A DNA stretch of 64,000 bases, taken from contig OZ237774.1 of assembly GCA_965178125.1 (NCBI GenBank), forward strand, positions 124,001 to 188,000, read 5' to 3'. Under the pieces are notes generated by a model. It searched no databases. It saw nothing but the letters and a program-made list of their open reading frames with translations, and was not told the DNA's origin. Below, piece after piece: positions 26,392-39,042 of this stretch. Both the position numbers and the translations under genes were made by a program. The DNA is from Bilabrum cf. latius. Taxonomy: Eukaryota. The first letter of the stretch is position 1; each line of letters begins with the position of its first letter.

Positions 26392-29300
26392 TCAGTCAGT
26401 TGCCCCGCAATACATACCGTGGACAGCGGACCAAAGCCCCAGGCACGCCTGCCTTGCCCCCTCCGCGGGCCAGCAGCCATCCACCGTTGGACGACGATTG
26501 AAACCCACCGCAGAGTCCCCTGCACTCGCCATACCAGTCCCACTGCTGATACCATTGGCATCGCCACCATGTCGACCCCGCGAGGCACCGAAATCGAGTC
26601 GCCTGCCCTGCCCCAGCATGCTGCCCGCCTCCGCCCCTGCTCCGCCCGCAGCGGCTTCACGAGCGGCTGCAATCTCCTCCTTCGCTTCCGAGTGCATCCG
26701 CGCCAGCCGCAACGCAGCCCTGCGGAGCCGGACGAGCCTTCTCGCGTGCCCCGCCGCACTCGTCACACCTGCCTCCTCCAGGCCGTCCAGCGACAGCTGC
26801 ACCAGCTGCGCTGCGGCCCCGATGGAGGCGCCCACCCAGCTCTCCAGCGCCTAGATCGCACTCGTCACCCTGGCATCACCCGCAGAGCGCGCGGTTTCTT
26901 TTTCTTCTGTTCCTGCCAGGCTTCTTCCTCGCTTTGATCCACCGGTGGGCTTTGCGCCGGACATCCAGGACTCCCCGGTGACCATGTGCGCGTTGCGGGC
27001 GTTGCTGGTGCGTGTGACGAGCTAAGGGGGTAGGAAAGGACCCGGAGCCGGAGGCAGGGTCGCGACCAGCGCCTCCCACGGCGGCAGCTCCCCTGGGGGT
27101 AAGTTCCGCACGGCGCCGCGCAATCCATCTGCCAGGGTCTGCTCGCCAGCCACCTCGATGGCTTGCCTGAATCCCGCCGCAGTGCGATGCACGTCGGGCA
27201 CGAGCGCGCCTCCGTGCATTGCACCCGTCGAAGGCCCCGCACCAGCCCCCGCACCGCTCTATGCCTCACCATTCGATCGGAGCAATCCGGCCCCCTGCTC
27301 CTTCAGCTCCAGCCTGGGCAGCTCGGGGGCGATCACAGGCACCCCATGGGCCCTGTGGCCCCGGGGCGCGACCACGACCGTCGGCTCCGCAGGACAGCGG
27401 AACCGATCCACGGCCTCCACGGCGCCGCGCAGATCCGCAAAACCGGAAGAGCGAAGAGACTCCCAGGGAGAGGCCTTGACTCCGCTACCACCGTGCGATG
27501 CACCCTCATCCCCACCGTCTCGCTCCTGCCCTCCCGCGGATAATATCGGCTCCGAGTGACTCATCGTCATCATCGCCCCAGCGTCTGCGAGAGCAGCGTC
27601 CAGCTGGTCCTGAAGGTCTGCCTGCAGCCCCAGGCCGGCCCACCGCCCCCCCGAACCGGCCTCAAAATGCAAGGCAGACTCCAGAGGCATCGGCGGTGCG
27701 CCGTCGTGCGATGCACCTTCACGGTGCCCGTAGGCAGGACCCGCCACGTCAGGCAGGGAGTCGCGGTCCTGCCCCCCCTCGCTCTCTTCGGCTCCTGCCT
27801 GCCCGTCCGTATCTGCACCACCGTGCGATGCACCCTCGAACACCGAGCCGCCACGTTCTGACCCCTGCGGGGTCAGTGGCCGCTGCTCCTCTGCCCCACG
27901 GGGTGTCAGTCTGCTCCCCTTCGGTGTCAGATTGCCCCCCATGCCCCCCCGGGGGGTCAGCAGGGGCGCGTCCCCCGGGATACCACCCCCCCCATCCAGC
28001 GGTACCCCCACCTCCGAACCGGTCGCAACCGACATGGCAGAAGCAGAGGCCTCCTGACCCGTTTGCAAATGAAGATGAAGATGAGATCCGGGCCGCTTGA
28101 ACGAGCTCCCCGGTGCGCCGCTGGGTCGGCCCCCCATAGGCTGCCCCTCCGCGGCGGCAGCTCTAGGGCCGCGAGCACTTTCGATTCCGGGTGCATCGAG
28201 GCCGCCTCGCTCCCCGCGGCGGCGGCTGCTCGACCTCGACCGGCTTGCGGAACCAACGCTCAGAAGCGCGGCGCCCCACGGGGCCACCGGCACGCCGAGC
28301 ATACCCACCTGCAGCCCGCCGGCACCTGCCGGTGCCGTGCCAGCCGCACTCGTCACACCAGCTGCCCCAGCGCCCACCATTGGCATACCCCCGACACGCC
28401 CCGTAGGCGCACTCGTAACAGCATCGGCGGCTCTGCCCAAGAGCTGCACGGCCGCTTCCTCCTGCCCCGCACCACCGTGCGCTGCACCCTCGGCCAGCGC
28501 GCCCCCCTCTCTTCTCTCAAGCACCCGCCTGCACACTCTCCTTAGCACTGCAGTGGGATGCTCCAGCCGGCAGCTGCCCCCGAGCGATTTCCGGCCCACC
28601 ATGGACCTGGTCACCGTGGTGAAGACAAAGTCTTCAAACCCGCAGCTGCGCGCGTACAGCCGCATCTCCTCTCTGGTCAGGCCCAGCTCCCGCTCCGCAC
28701 TCGTCACACCGTCCACGTCCAATTCTCCGGACGAGGTGCCGGCCTGCATGCCCCCCCTGCCATCGCCCCCCGGGCCGCCAACCCCCCCACCCCCACCGTC
28801 CCTTGCGCCCTTCTGGGCCTTCCTCTGGATCACAACCAGCCCGCCCGTGTCTTCGGCCTGCTGCTGCTGCACCTGTGAGGCACCTGCCTGCAGCTCCCGG
28901 ACGATCGGAGCCGAACCGTCCCCGCCCACGGTGCCCCCGCGCACGCCCCTAGCTCCACCCTGAATGCCAGCGCCCGCGATCCGATCCTGACCCGCGCCGG
29001 TTTGACCACCCCCGTCCCGATCCGATCCGTAGCGATACCTGCTGCTGCCTCTCGCACCACCTCTAGCCCCGCCTCCCCCCATCCGGTCGGTGTATCCCCC
29101 CGACCCCTCCTCCTCGTCCTCGTACTCCTCTTCCGTTGCGTGCACCGTGGGCAGCATGTCTGCCCTATGCGTCATCAGCACCATCTCCGTCCCTTCCGCC
29201 CTTGCCCGCCTTTGCACCACCTCCCTCCAGTCGTCCACCGCCTCGGCCCCCGCGTCATCCCCGCCGTCCAGCACGAACAGGATGGCATCCGCCGATCGGA

Positions 29301-30162
29301 GCAGCAGGCCAAGGTGCTCCGAGGACCCCCCCAGGAGCTCGCAGTATGGCACCTCCCACAGGAAAAGTGACACCGAGGCGTCGCTGTCAGAAACTGACCC
29401 CGAGGATGCCCCTCCGGATCGATGGCCCCGGGCCGGCCCACTCGTCACACCGGAAACCGTGGCACGCCGGCCGCTGCTCCTTCCACTCCCGGACCGCTGC
29501 ACCGCCGTCGCGCGCGGCGCCGCGTCCGAAATGCGGAACCGTTTCACGACCGTCAGCTCCGCACCCACCGTCATCCGCCTCTGAGTGGGTTCCGGTTTCC
29601 CCGCGATGCACCGCACGATGGTGCTCTTGCCCGAGCCGTTGGCGCCGACCAGCAGCACCGTCACGTTTCTCCTCGCCTGGAGGGACTGGAGGGCTCCAAG
29701 GTCAGCAGCGTACGCGTGGGAACTCTTCGTGACGTTTCGCAGACATGCCCGGGAAATGTCTCGGACCTTCTTTCGCGCAATGCGATGCACCTTGAGGACG
29801 GCCCGGGCGTCGGGTGGCTACGGGGCACCGGCCGTCTTTCGTGCCTCACCAGCGCTCCAATCGGATCTACGCCGGGTGAGCTTTGATGACCCGTCCCTGC
29901 TCCGTCGGTCTCCTCGTGTCAGCGAACGTTCCTCCACTGATGGTTCGCCGTTGGAGCGGGAGGACGCTGCCTTGCGGGCGAGCGGCGGAAGGGAGCCAGC
30001 AGCAGCTGCCGCCGAAGTGTCGTATCCTCCCACGGTTCTGCGGCGACCGTGCGCGCCAGCACTTTCAGTTATACTGGAGGCGCCGTCGTACTGGCTGCGG
30101 TCCACGCTGGACTGGGCGTCAGAGGGGCGCCTGTCGCTCGATCGATCCGGTTCCATGGCCAT
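26392..30162 (-). CDS. Atypical Ras/Rab-like P-loop GTPase-domain protein with a long disordered C-terminus (~1250 aa)
   Basis: G1 VLLVGANGSGKS, G2 MTVG, G3-like LFLWEVP, ADAILFVLD and G4-like MTHRAD. TAGs at 29818, 27259, 27022 and 26851. TGA at 26392. Confidence 0.7.
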
Positions 30163-30589
30163 CGCAAAAATGCGGCTTTGAATCAGCTTTCAATTTGCTG
30201 CAAACCGTGGAGAGCATACATGATGAATAAGGTCAAGCAGTGAATGGCATAGTTTGGATCCAGCACGCCAAATCAAGCAGGGTGCCATCGGAGTGCAAGC
30301 ATGTGCAACCGCGCTCCACATGCAAACACAGCCAGAACTCACGATGTCCACCTTGCTTGCACTGAGTTGTTAACTTATAAACTTACTAAATGACGAATAT
30401 TTACTGCAAATGCACGAGCACAGGCGACAGTACGCGAAACCGAGCAATTTGCTATGCTGCTCAATAGCGAAGGTTCTTCTTGGGTTCGTTGACCAAAAAA
30501 TGAGGCGAGTTCTTTGGCTCATTTTTGGCTCTCGCAGCCATCACTCGCGCACAGCTATCTCACGAACTGTTTAAGAGTGATTTCAACAG

Positions 30590-33500
30590 ATGGGAGTCCC
30601 CGCATTTTTCCGATGGCTCAAGGAGAAGTACCCAAAGATTCTGCTCGAGTTGATCGAGAGCGAAGTTGTGGACCTACCAGATGGTACCCGAGTGCCACCA
30701 GATTGGACTAAACCGAATCCAAATGGCGTGGAATTTGATAATTTATATATTGACATGAATGGGTGAGATTCTCGCTTATTTAAAGCTGCATTCATCGTTC
30801 GGCAATTGCTTGCGTTCTGAAGTTACTTCCGTTTCAGGCCAGGCAAAGCTGTACATTATTTCGCAGCGTTATTCACCCATGTGTACACCCGGAAGATATG
30901 GCAGCCCCGCGTAGCGAGCAGGAGATGTTCCGAAACGTGAGCACAGACACTATCGATGTCGCTCCCGAGCCTGCACGTTCCACTCGAGCACCGTACCATG
31001 ATCACACCACAACCAGCCCGCATAAACATGACACCCATTGCCATCTAATCCGCAGATTTGCCTGTACATCGACCGTCTCATGGCTGCCGTGCGCCCCCGC
31101 CGCCTGCTCTACCTCGCCATCGACGGCGTGGCTCCCAGGGCCAAGATGAACCAGCAGAGGACGCGCAGGTTCAAGACCGCCAAGGAGATCTCGGAGCACG
31201 AACGTGTGGAGAAACAGGTCAGGAAGGAACGGCTCCGGGCCCTCGAGAAGAAAAAAAGAAAGAAGAGAAAGAAGAGGGGCGGTGAGGGGGACGCCTCCAG
31301 CGGGGCTGGGGGGGACGACACAGTAGCAGGCGAAATGCAGGACGGCGATGACGATGACGAGGATGATGACGAGGACGAAGAGGAGGAGCTGTCCGAGCTT
31401 CCTCGCCAGACGGACGATTTTGGCAGGATCCTCGGCAAGTTCGACCACAACGTGATCACCCCAGGCACGCGTGAGCGTAGCAGTGTCTGCTTGCATTGCA
31501 GTGCATTGCAGTGGATTGTTCCCCGCAGGCACACGCCTTGACTCTCCAGGAGTACTTTCTGTTTTCTCTTATCCACACACGATTCTCTTTGGCCTCGCAG
31601 CGTTCATGGATCGCCTGGCCCGGTTCCTCAGGTTCTACATCGCGGAGCGGCTGAACAACCACCCGGGGTGGGACGGTGTGGAGGTCGTGTTCTCGGACGC
31701 TTCCGCCCCGGGAGAGGGGGAGCACAAGATCATGCAGTTCATCAGGGCACAAAGGGCGCAGCCGGGGTACGACCCGCACACTCGTCACGTGCTCCACGGC
31801 CTGGACGCCGATCTGATCATGCTGGGTTTAGCCACCCACGAGGCGCACTTCTCCATCCTCAGGGAACAAGTGTTCCCCAACAGACGGAGGGGAGGCCGTG
31901 CGGCGCAGAAGGAGGAAGAGGAGAAGTTCCGCAGGGAAAATCTTGCGCGGCGCCGGCGGATCTTCCGCGACGGCGACGTGGGCGTCCCCTTGAAACCGCT
32001 GCAGCTGCTGCAGATCTCGGTGCTTCGGGAGTATCTGGCCGCGGAGTTCTCCTCCCTGGACCCGAAAAGTGACCCCGCGCTCCGGGCTCAGATGGCCAGA
32101 GCGGCAGAAGGGGGTCAGTTTGCGGCACGAGGCCAGGCGCACACCCCCTTGCCCTTCCCCTTTGACATCGAGCGGATCGTTGACGACTTCGTGTTCATGT
32201 GCTTCTTCGTCGGTAACGATTTCTTGCCACACCTGCCCTCTTTGGACATCCGCGAGGGCGCCTTGGATCTTTTGATCGAGACCTACAAGCAGGTCCTGCC
32301 GGCACTGGGCGGCTATTTGACCAAGGAGGGCGAGATTGACCTGGTGCTGGCCGACGTGCTGCTCTCCAGGATCGGGCTGGTGGAGGACGAGATTTTCAGG
32401 AGGAGGCGGGAGAACGAAGAACGGATGGCGAGGAGGAGGGCGAGTCAGATGCACCAGCAGGCGCAGGGTGGCCAAAGTGGGCACAGAGGGCCCGGGGGCA
32501 GGGGCGGTGCAGCACCGGCCCCCGCCGCCATCCACGACATGATGCCGGCACGGGGACAGGGACAGGGGCAGGGCTCGGGGGGTCATGGACAAGGGAGGGG
32601 CGGAGGGCATGGAGGCACCGGCGCGAGCGGGCTGCTGGGCGGCGCCCCTCCTGGTTCCGCAAGCGCGGCGCCGGCAGGGCTCGGGCGCCAGGACAGCGTG
32701 CAGTCGGCCGCCAGTGCGGCATCCTCCACAGCCACCGGCGGCGCCGCGCATTCGCAGGGTGGCGGTTCCGCAGACCTATCGGAGGAAGCGCGGGAAGCGG
32801 CGCGCTCGGTGGCGGATCGGATCAGGAACGCGGGTGGCGGTGCCATGAACGTTGCGGCCAGGAGTCACGCCGTTGATCTCTCGGGTCAGGGGTAGCAGGC
32901 TCGGGCGCGACTCGCGGGTCACGACGCGTCGCAGGAGGCCCCCGGGCTCGATCTCGGGATCGAAGGCGGCTAGGGTGGTCAAAGCGGCGCGGCCTCTGGT
33001 GCCGGCTCCGAATCCAAGACCCAGAACCAGAGCGCTGCGGACGCTTTGCGGGACCGTATGCGCAAGGGCAAGGGCAAGGGCAAGGCAAAGGGCGGAACGG
33101 GCGAAAAGCGCGACAAGCCTCAGAAAAAGGCAAAGCAGGACAAGGAGCATCCGTCGGCCAAGGGGTCGTCGTCATCGTCATCGTCATCGTCATCCAGGAG
33201 CAAGCAGGCCGCAGCTGCTTCCAGTGCAGCCTGCGAGGACGCGGCACAGGCGGCCATGGTCGACGCCGAAGGTTCCTCGGAATTCAGCAAACCCGCTGAC
33301 GTGGCATCCGACCCGGTTGCAACCGCAGCTGGGGGCGACGGCCCGCCCGAAGATGCCGAGGGGGCGGACGAGGACGAGGACGAGGACGAGGCTGCATCGG
33401 CGGAAGAGCTGGAGGACTTGGAGGGAGTGGACGGAGCGGGGGGGTTGGACCTGCTGCCCGAAGGTGTGACGAGTGGGTCTGTTCCCATGGAGGGGGGCGA

Positions 33501-35748
33501 TGCCGGCGCTGCCGCAGCATCGAAGCCACCGTCCTCCTCCTCGTCCTCGTCCTCCTCCTCGTCCTCTTCTTCGAGCAAGGCCACCACTGCCGCTGCCGCT
33601 GCCACCGCCGCCAGCACGCCCGAATTCGAGCAGGAAGTCAAGCGTGCGGTGAAGCTCGCCATGGAAGACCTCCGTGCTGTGGACGAGCTTAAGCTGAGAG
33701 AAACCGATGAGGTGAGGCTGGGCGAGGCGGGCTGGAAAGAGAGATACTACAGGTGCAAATTCGGTGCCAAAGGGGTAGAGGGGGGCCAGCTGCGGAAGCT
33801 CATCTGCAGGAAATACGTAGAGGGTCTGCAGTGGGTGTACGGGTACTACTACAAGGGGGTTTGTTCCTGGGACTGGTACTACCCCTTCCACTACGCCCCA
33901 TTTGCGAGCGATCTGAACCAGGTGGATCAGTACAGGGCGACTTTCTCCCTCGGGAGGCCCTTCAAGCCCATTGAGCAGCTCATGTCGGTGCTGCCTGGGA
34001 GGTCTGCTCACTGCCTTCCGCCCGCGTGCGCGAGGCTCATGCGGCTCAAGTCTTCGCCCATTGCAGATTTCTATCCGTTGGATTTCCCCGAGGATCCCAA
34101 CGGGCACAGGTACCAGTGGCAGTGGGTGGCACTCCTGCCATTCATCGACGAGAAGAGGCTCCTGGAGCAGGTTCGCTAGCTGGAGGGAACGTTCACTGAG
34201 GAGGAGAACAGGCGGAACAGCCTAGGGATGGACCTGGTCGTGGCCAGGAGGACGCACCCCCTGGTCCGGGGGATCGGATCAAAGCTGGTGGTGTCCATCG
34301 AGGACGATGATGACGACGATGCAGCCGTCGCCGCAGCTGCAGCGGGAGAGAAGGCCGAATCTTCATCTGCATCTTCATCTTCATCGAGCGCGTCTGCCCC
34401 GGGGGGTGCGTCGAGTGACGGTGGGGGCCGGGAAGTGGTTCCGTTTTCGCACGAAGACGGGCGCCGCGCAGCGAACCGCCCGCTTGGCACGTCCGGCCGC
34501 TTGCTCAAGATGGCAAAGGGGCACTTCTGGCCCGTCGACTCGCGGATCGACCCCTACCGGCTCGGGATCTGGGCCGTGTCCGAGGACTTCGACGCGGCGC
34601 CGCGCAGCGGTGGTTCCGCAATCGGGGGAGGCGGCCCGATGGGCGTCCTGCGGAACTTCGCAGAGGGCGTGCTGCGCAGCGCCGCCGCCGCCTTCTCGTT
34701 GCTGCCTCCCCCTGCACGGCCGCACGCGTGTCACCTGCTGCCCGGTGCTCGCGAGGATAGCCCGGTGCTCAGGCAGGGGGATTACCTGGGTAAGATACCC
34801 AGGCTGAGCAGGGGCGTGTCGGTGGTGGATCTGGTGCTGGGGCCCGGCGCGGGAGGCGGGTACAGGGGGGGCGGGGGCAGGGGCGGATACCGGGGGGGGA
34901 GGGGGGGCAGAGGAGGTCGGGGAGGTAGAGGGGGCTGGGGCGGTGGTGGGCGGGGGCGAGGTGGTGGGGGACCCCCCGGGTGGGGGGGACCCCCCGGGGG
35001 GTATCGCCAGGGGTAGCAGTGGCAGGGACAGGGATACAACCGCAGTGCGATGCATCCGCCACAGGCTTAGCATTGGCAGCAGCAGCACCACCACCAACAG
35101 CCGAGCGGTGCCTATCCACAGCACCAGCACCAGCAACACCACCAGCAGCACCACCAGCACCAGCAACACCACCACCACCAGTAGGGGCAGTATTAGGGCC
35201 ATGGGCAGTACCAGGGGCAGCAGGGGAACGGCAGGTTTCAGCCCCGTCCTCGAATGGGGAACACGCCCCACGGGTACCCGCCGCACTCGTCACACGGGTA
35301 CCAGCCCCAGCCCCAGGGCCATTACCAGCCCCAGCCCCAGCAGCAGCACCATGCTCCCGGGGGTGGCATGGGCTGGGGTCCCCCCGCGCCCGGCAGTGCC
35401 GGTGCAGGGTATGGCCAGTATGCCGCTGGGGGTGCATCGCACGGTGGTGCACCCGGCATCGGTGCCAAGCGGTCGGCGGGTGCTGCGGGACTTGGCGCGG
35501 GGCCTGTGGCATAGCAGGGGGGGGCGTACGGGGGGCCGGCAGGGGCGGGTGCATCGCACGGCGGTGCCCCGTCGGCTGGCAGTGCTATGGGTGCTCAGGC
35601 GGCTGCCCTACTCAGCGGGAATTGGTCGGCGGTGCGGGGTCGGGGTCGGGGGCGCGGTGGCGGCAGGGGCAGGGGCAGGGGCAGGGGCGGCAGCAGCAGC
35701 AGGGGAGGAGGCGGAGGCGGATTCTCGTTCCGTGGGTTCTAGGGGTGA
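30590..35748 (+). CDS. XRN2: 5'-3' exoribonuclease 2 (Rat1/XRN2); exons 30590-30762, 30867-30936, 31056-31470, 31601-35748
   Basis: [78 protein letters not shown] and LPFIDEKRL. Three GTGAG..GCAG introns, 9 in-frame TAGs, RGG/Q-rich tail, TGA at 35746. XRN2 rather than XRN1 is inferred from length and tail. Confidence 0.92.
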
Positions 35749-36419
35749 TGATGCGGGCGACGACACCAGTGCGACCGTGAGGAGAATCGTACTGGTTGCA
35801 TCGGCATGAAGATGCTTGTTCCTATATGGTCGGGCGATGCAAGGGAGCGACGGGGAGCTTTCCGATTCGGCTTGTCCCTACAGCGTGATTCGGGTCGAAG
35901 CATTTGGAGTATCAGCCGCAAACAGTGTTCCTCGAGAAATACTCTACATGGGCTCCGAACATTTGCTCGTATTGAATAGAATTTGTGGATGGTCCAACTG
36001 CAACCGACGATTGCGGCGATACCGGCTCTGGCCCAGTACTGCTCCGTTCGCTCACGCTCCCCTCAATTTCGATTTAATGGAAGATTACGGTGGAGTGCAC
36101 GTGGGGTTTAGGCGGCGAAGACCGCCACTTTGACCCACTTTTGAGGCATATTGCAGAAGTGCAACTCGGCAGGGCCCAGGACAGAGTGCGTACGTCAGAG
36201 TTTGAATGGGTGTATATTCGGCAATAATCACTAAATGTACGTATTTCAAGCATTTACACGGAAATAAATAGTCACAATTTTGCCATGCTGCCGACGTGCA
36301 CCTTGTTTCAGCGGTGCGAACGGGCTCTACGCGACCACTTGACCTCGTGCGACCGCGATGATGCAAACCAATTGGCGCGTGCCCGATGAAGAAAGTCGTC
36401 GAATGGCTACAATGCAGCG

Positions 36420-37013
36420 TTACATGGGCCTGGTCGATACAAATATAGCCTCATCGGTTGACATTCCGATAAATCTGCAGAACTTGCGCTGGTATCGCTT
36501 CATGAAAAGGCTCGAATCGCGCTCGCTCATGGAAATGTCTACCATGCCGGCATGCTTGCCGTTCTTGTCGGGCCAAATCTCGCGTAGTTCGATCGGTTCG
36601 ATACCATGATCCTAAAGCCAACCCTGCATTGCTTCTAGATCTGTTCTCGTCGGTGATATCAACACCCTTTTCCTCGCTAAATGGCTTCGGTTTCCGTCGT
36701 CAGGAATCCTCCGCGAACACCGTACCACGGTCGAAACAGGCGATCCATGCCCAGACCCCAACTCTGAGCCTCCCGGAGGTAATGATGTAGAGCTGAATAT
36801 CCTGTTGCGCGCGCCCGCTGTCCTTGTGGGAGTGTTGGCCGCGTCGGAGGACGGCAGCTCCGGTGCGACCACGTTTCCACAACTTTGGCGTTCTTTCCCG
36901 GCTGGGGTCGCCTGACTCTGGGCAGATTTAACGCTGTTTTCTGGCTCAGATGAATCAACGCTTACATTGGTCTCAATTGATGCAACAGATGCAGTGCTAG
37001 CGCACATTCCCAT
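36420..37013 (-). CDS. Small protein with one copy of an unrecognised domain, paralogous to 38215-39042
   Basis: ORF 36612-37022 continues through TAG 36612 to TAA 36420. KRVLISPT..WL*DHGI..GKHAGMVDISM aligns with KSVIFAPT..WLMEHGI..GEHIGVFDLIM of the neighbouring gene. Confidence 0.55.
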
Positions 37014-38214
37014 GGCGTGCAAGACGATTGAACGATGGCTTGCGCTTGCTGAATCAGCATTAACATGGTTCCGGTTTTTGTGACAGGGGCTTGATTGGCC
37101 GCTTGCCTTCTGCTTGCAAAGCAGATTTGCCGCAAAATGTCTTTGGATTGGTGTTGTATGTGCCGTCGATTATAGTTTACGACATGATTGCCCAGCCAGA
37201 TTTGGTTTAACCTCTTCTACCGTGAGTATATCAGCTTTCATGTTCTTTTTTCTGCACAGGTTCGCAATAGCTCCGTCACTAAGCCTAGAACTAAAATTTC
37301 ATTGTAGCAATATACTGTACGAAAGTAATTCGCAACTGCATGAATCTAGCCTCTTGCCAACTATGCGCTCCCACGTATAGACTCAAGGTGATTGCAGCCC
37401 AACGCCAACATTACCACAGCCGCCAGTGGGCCGATGGTACTCAGACGCACACGCATACTGTAGGACAGTTGTTTAATGTGAAAAGTACATGACCACCAGT
37501 CGGCTCTAGGCCAGCTTGCCTACCTCGGCCGCGCTTGTCGGACCTTGGCGAGCTACTACAGCGCACTGCGGCATTTCCCCATTAAACTATGGATATGTAC
37601 GAGTCAGACGGGATCCATCCACGTTGAGCGTGGTGGAGATATTATTCGCAAATGGGGCCAGCCAGGACGGGGAGTTTTCTGATGGAGCGGCGGCTGCTTA
37701 GGCTGCTCATTGCAAGGCGCACGAGGAGTCGAGCTGCCAGTGGAACGGCGAATGCCCCAGCCTCAGTGCGCTGGATTCGCGCACTTGCAAAGCATTGACA
37801 CTTTATTAATTAGCATCCATCAATCATATACCAAGCTGATCATATATGTTTCTGCTTCCCTGCCTTCTCCCCCTCGGACTCATCCCTCCAGAGGATGTCA
37901 GGGGGCAGAGAGCACAGTGCAGTGCAGTGCAGCCGCTGTGCCAGTACTAGTGTCGCCGACCGCCGGTGAGCGTGCCCCCGGAGATCCAGGGTAGGGCAAA
38001 CTCACCTGATCACTGCATCGGGATTGGTCCACTCGGTGCCTCCACAATCCGTCCCCCCTCCATAGGCACATATTCAAGCACCACATTCTCGGGAAGGAAT
38101 CCCAGCAGGCCAATTAAGTCCAACAGAATGCCGTCCTGGTCCTCCACCAACTGGGTCGGGCCCGCTGCAATGCCCTGCATACTAGCGGCACCAACAGGCG
38201 CAATCCACACTCAC

Positions 38215-39042
38215 TCAGTACGGCGGCCTGATCCGCACAGCAACACGGGAACCAGTGATGCCACCATTGGAACGCCCATTCTTCGTCGGCCCATGGTTCG
38301 GCGGGCGCTGGCAGAGGCGAATGAACTGTAGCACAGCACGGTCAGGATGTAATGCCATGGCCCGCATGAACCTCCTTCCGATGCGCCTATGGTTCTCCAC
38401 CAACTTGAGAGCGTCCAGCGGAGGCATGATCAGGTCGAACACGCCGATGTGCTCCCCTGAGCTGGGATGGGAGAGCAGTTTCACCTCCGCGCGGATGCCA
38501 TGCTCCATGAGCCATAGAGCCACGAATGCAGCATTGGCCTCGGTGGGCGCGAAGATGACCGACTTGGCACCGGTCCTGTCCTTGCTCCTGCTGAGTCTGA
38601 CCGTGGCTGTGAACACCGTGTTGTGCTCGCTCATCTGCAGCTTGGCCAGGAAGGCCTTCTTGTTCCCTGGCTGCATGAGCCTGGCGATGTCCTCCCGAGG
38701 CATGCTCATCTCAAACTGCGGGTTGGTGCCTTGCAGCCGCCGCACGTCATGCGCACAGTAGCCGTTCTCCTTCAGCCATGCAACGATCTCTCTCACCGGG
38801 GTCTTGTAGCTCGTCCGCGTGATGATCTTGGTGCACTGGACGTACATGCAGCGTGGGCGTGGAATCCCATCCGGCTGCCGAGGTGGTTGCAACCGGTGTG
38901 CGGCACCAGCGTGTTGTTGAGCGCGCGCGTGCATAACACGAGAATCAACGTCGACGATGGGGCCGCCATCGTCGAAGTCAATTTTAGCGTTTGGCACGAC
39001 TTTGCCACCCCGATCTGCTCGATTCTAGCCTAGAACCGACAT
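38215..39042 (-). CDS. Protein with two tandem copies of an unrecognised (possibly RRM-like) domain
   Basis: ATG at 39042 reached through TAG 39025, TGA at 38215. Internal similarity IVAWLKENGY..FEMSM versus VALWLMEHGI..FDLIM. Confidence 0.6.
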
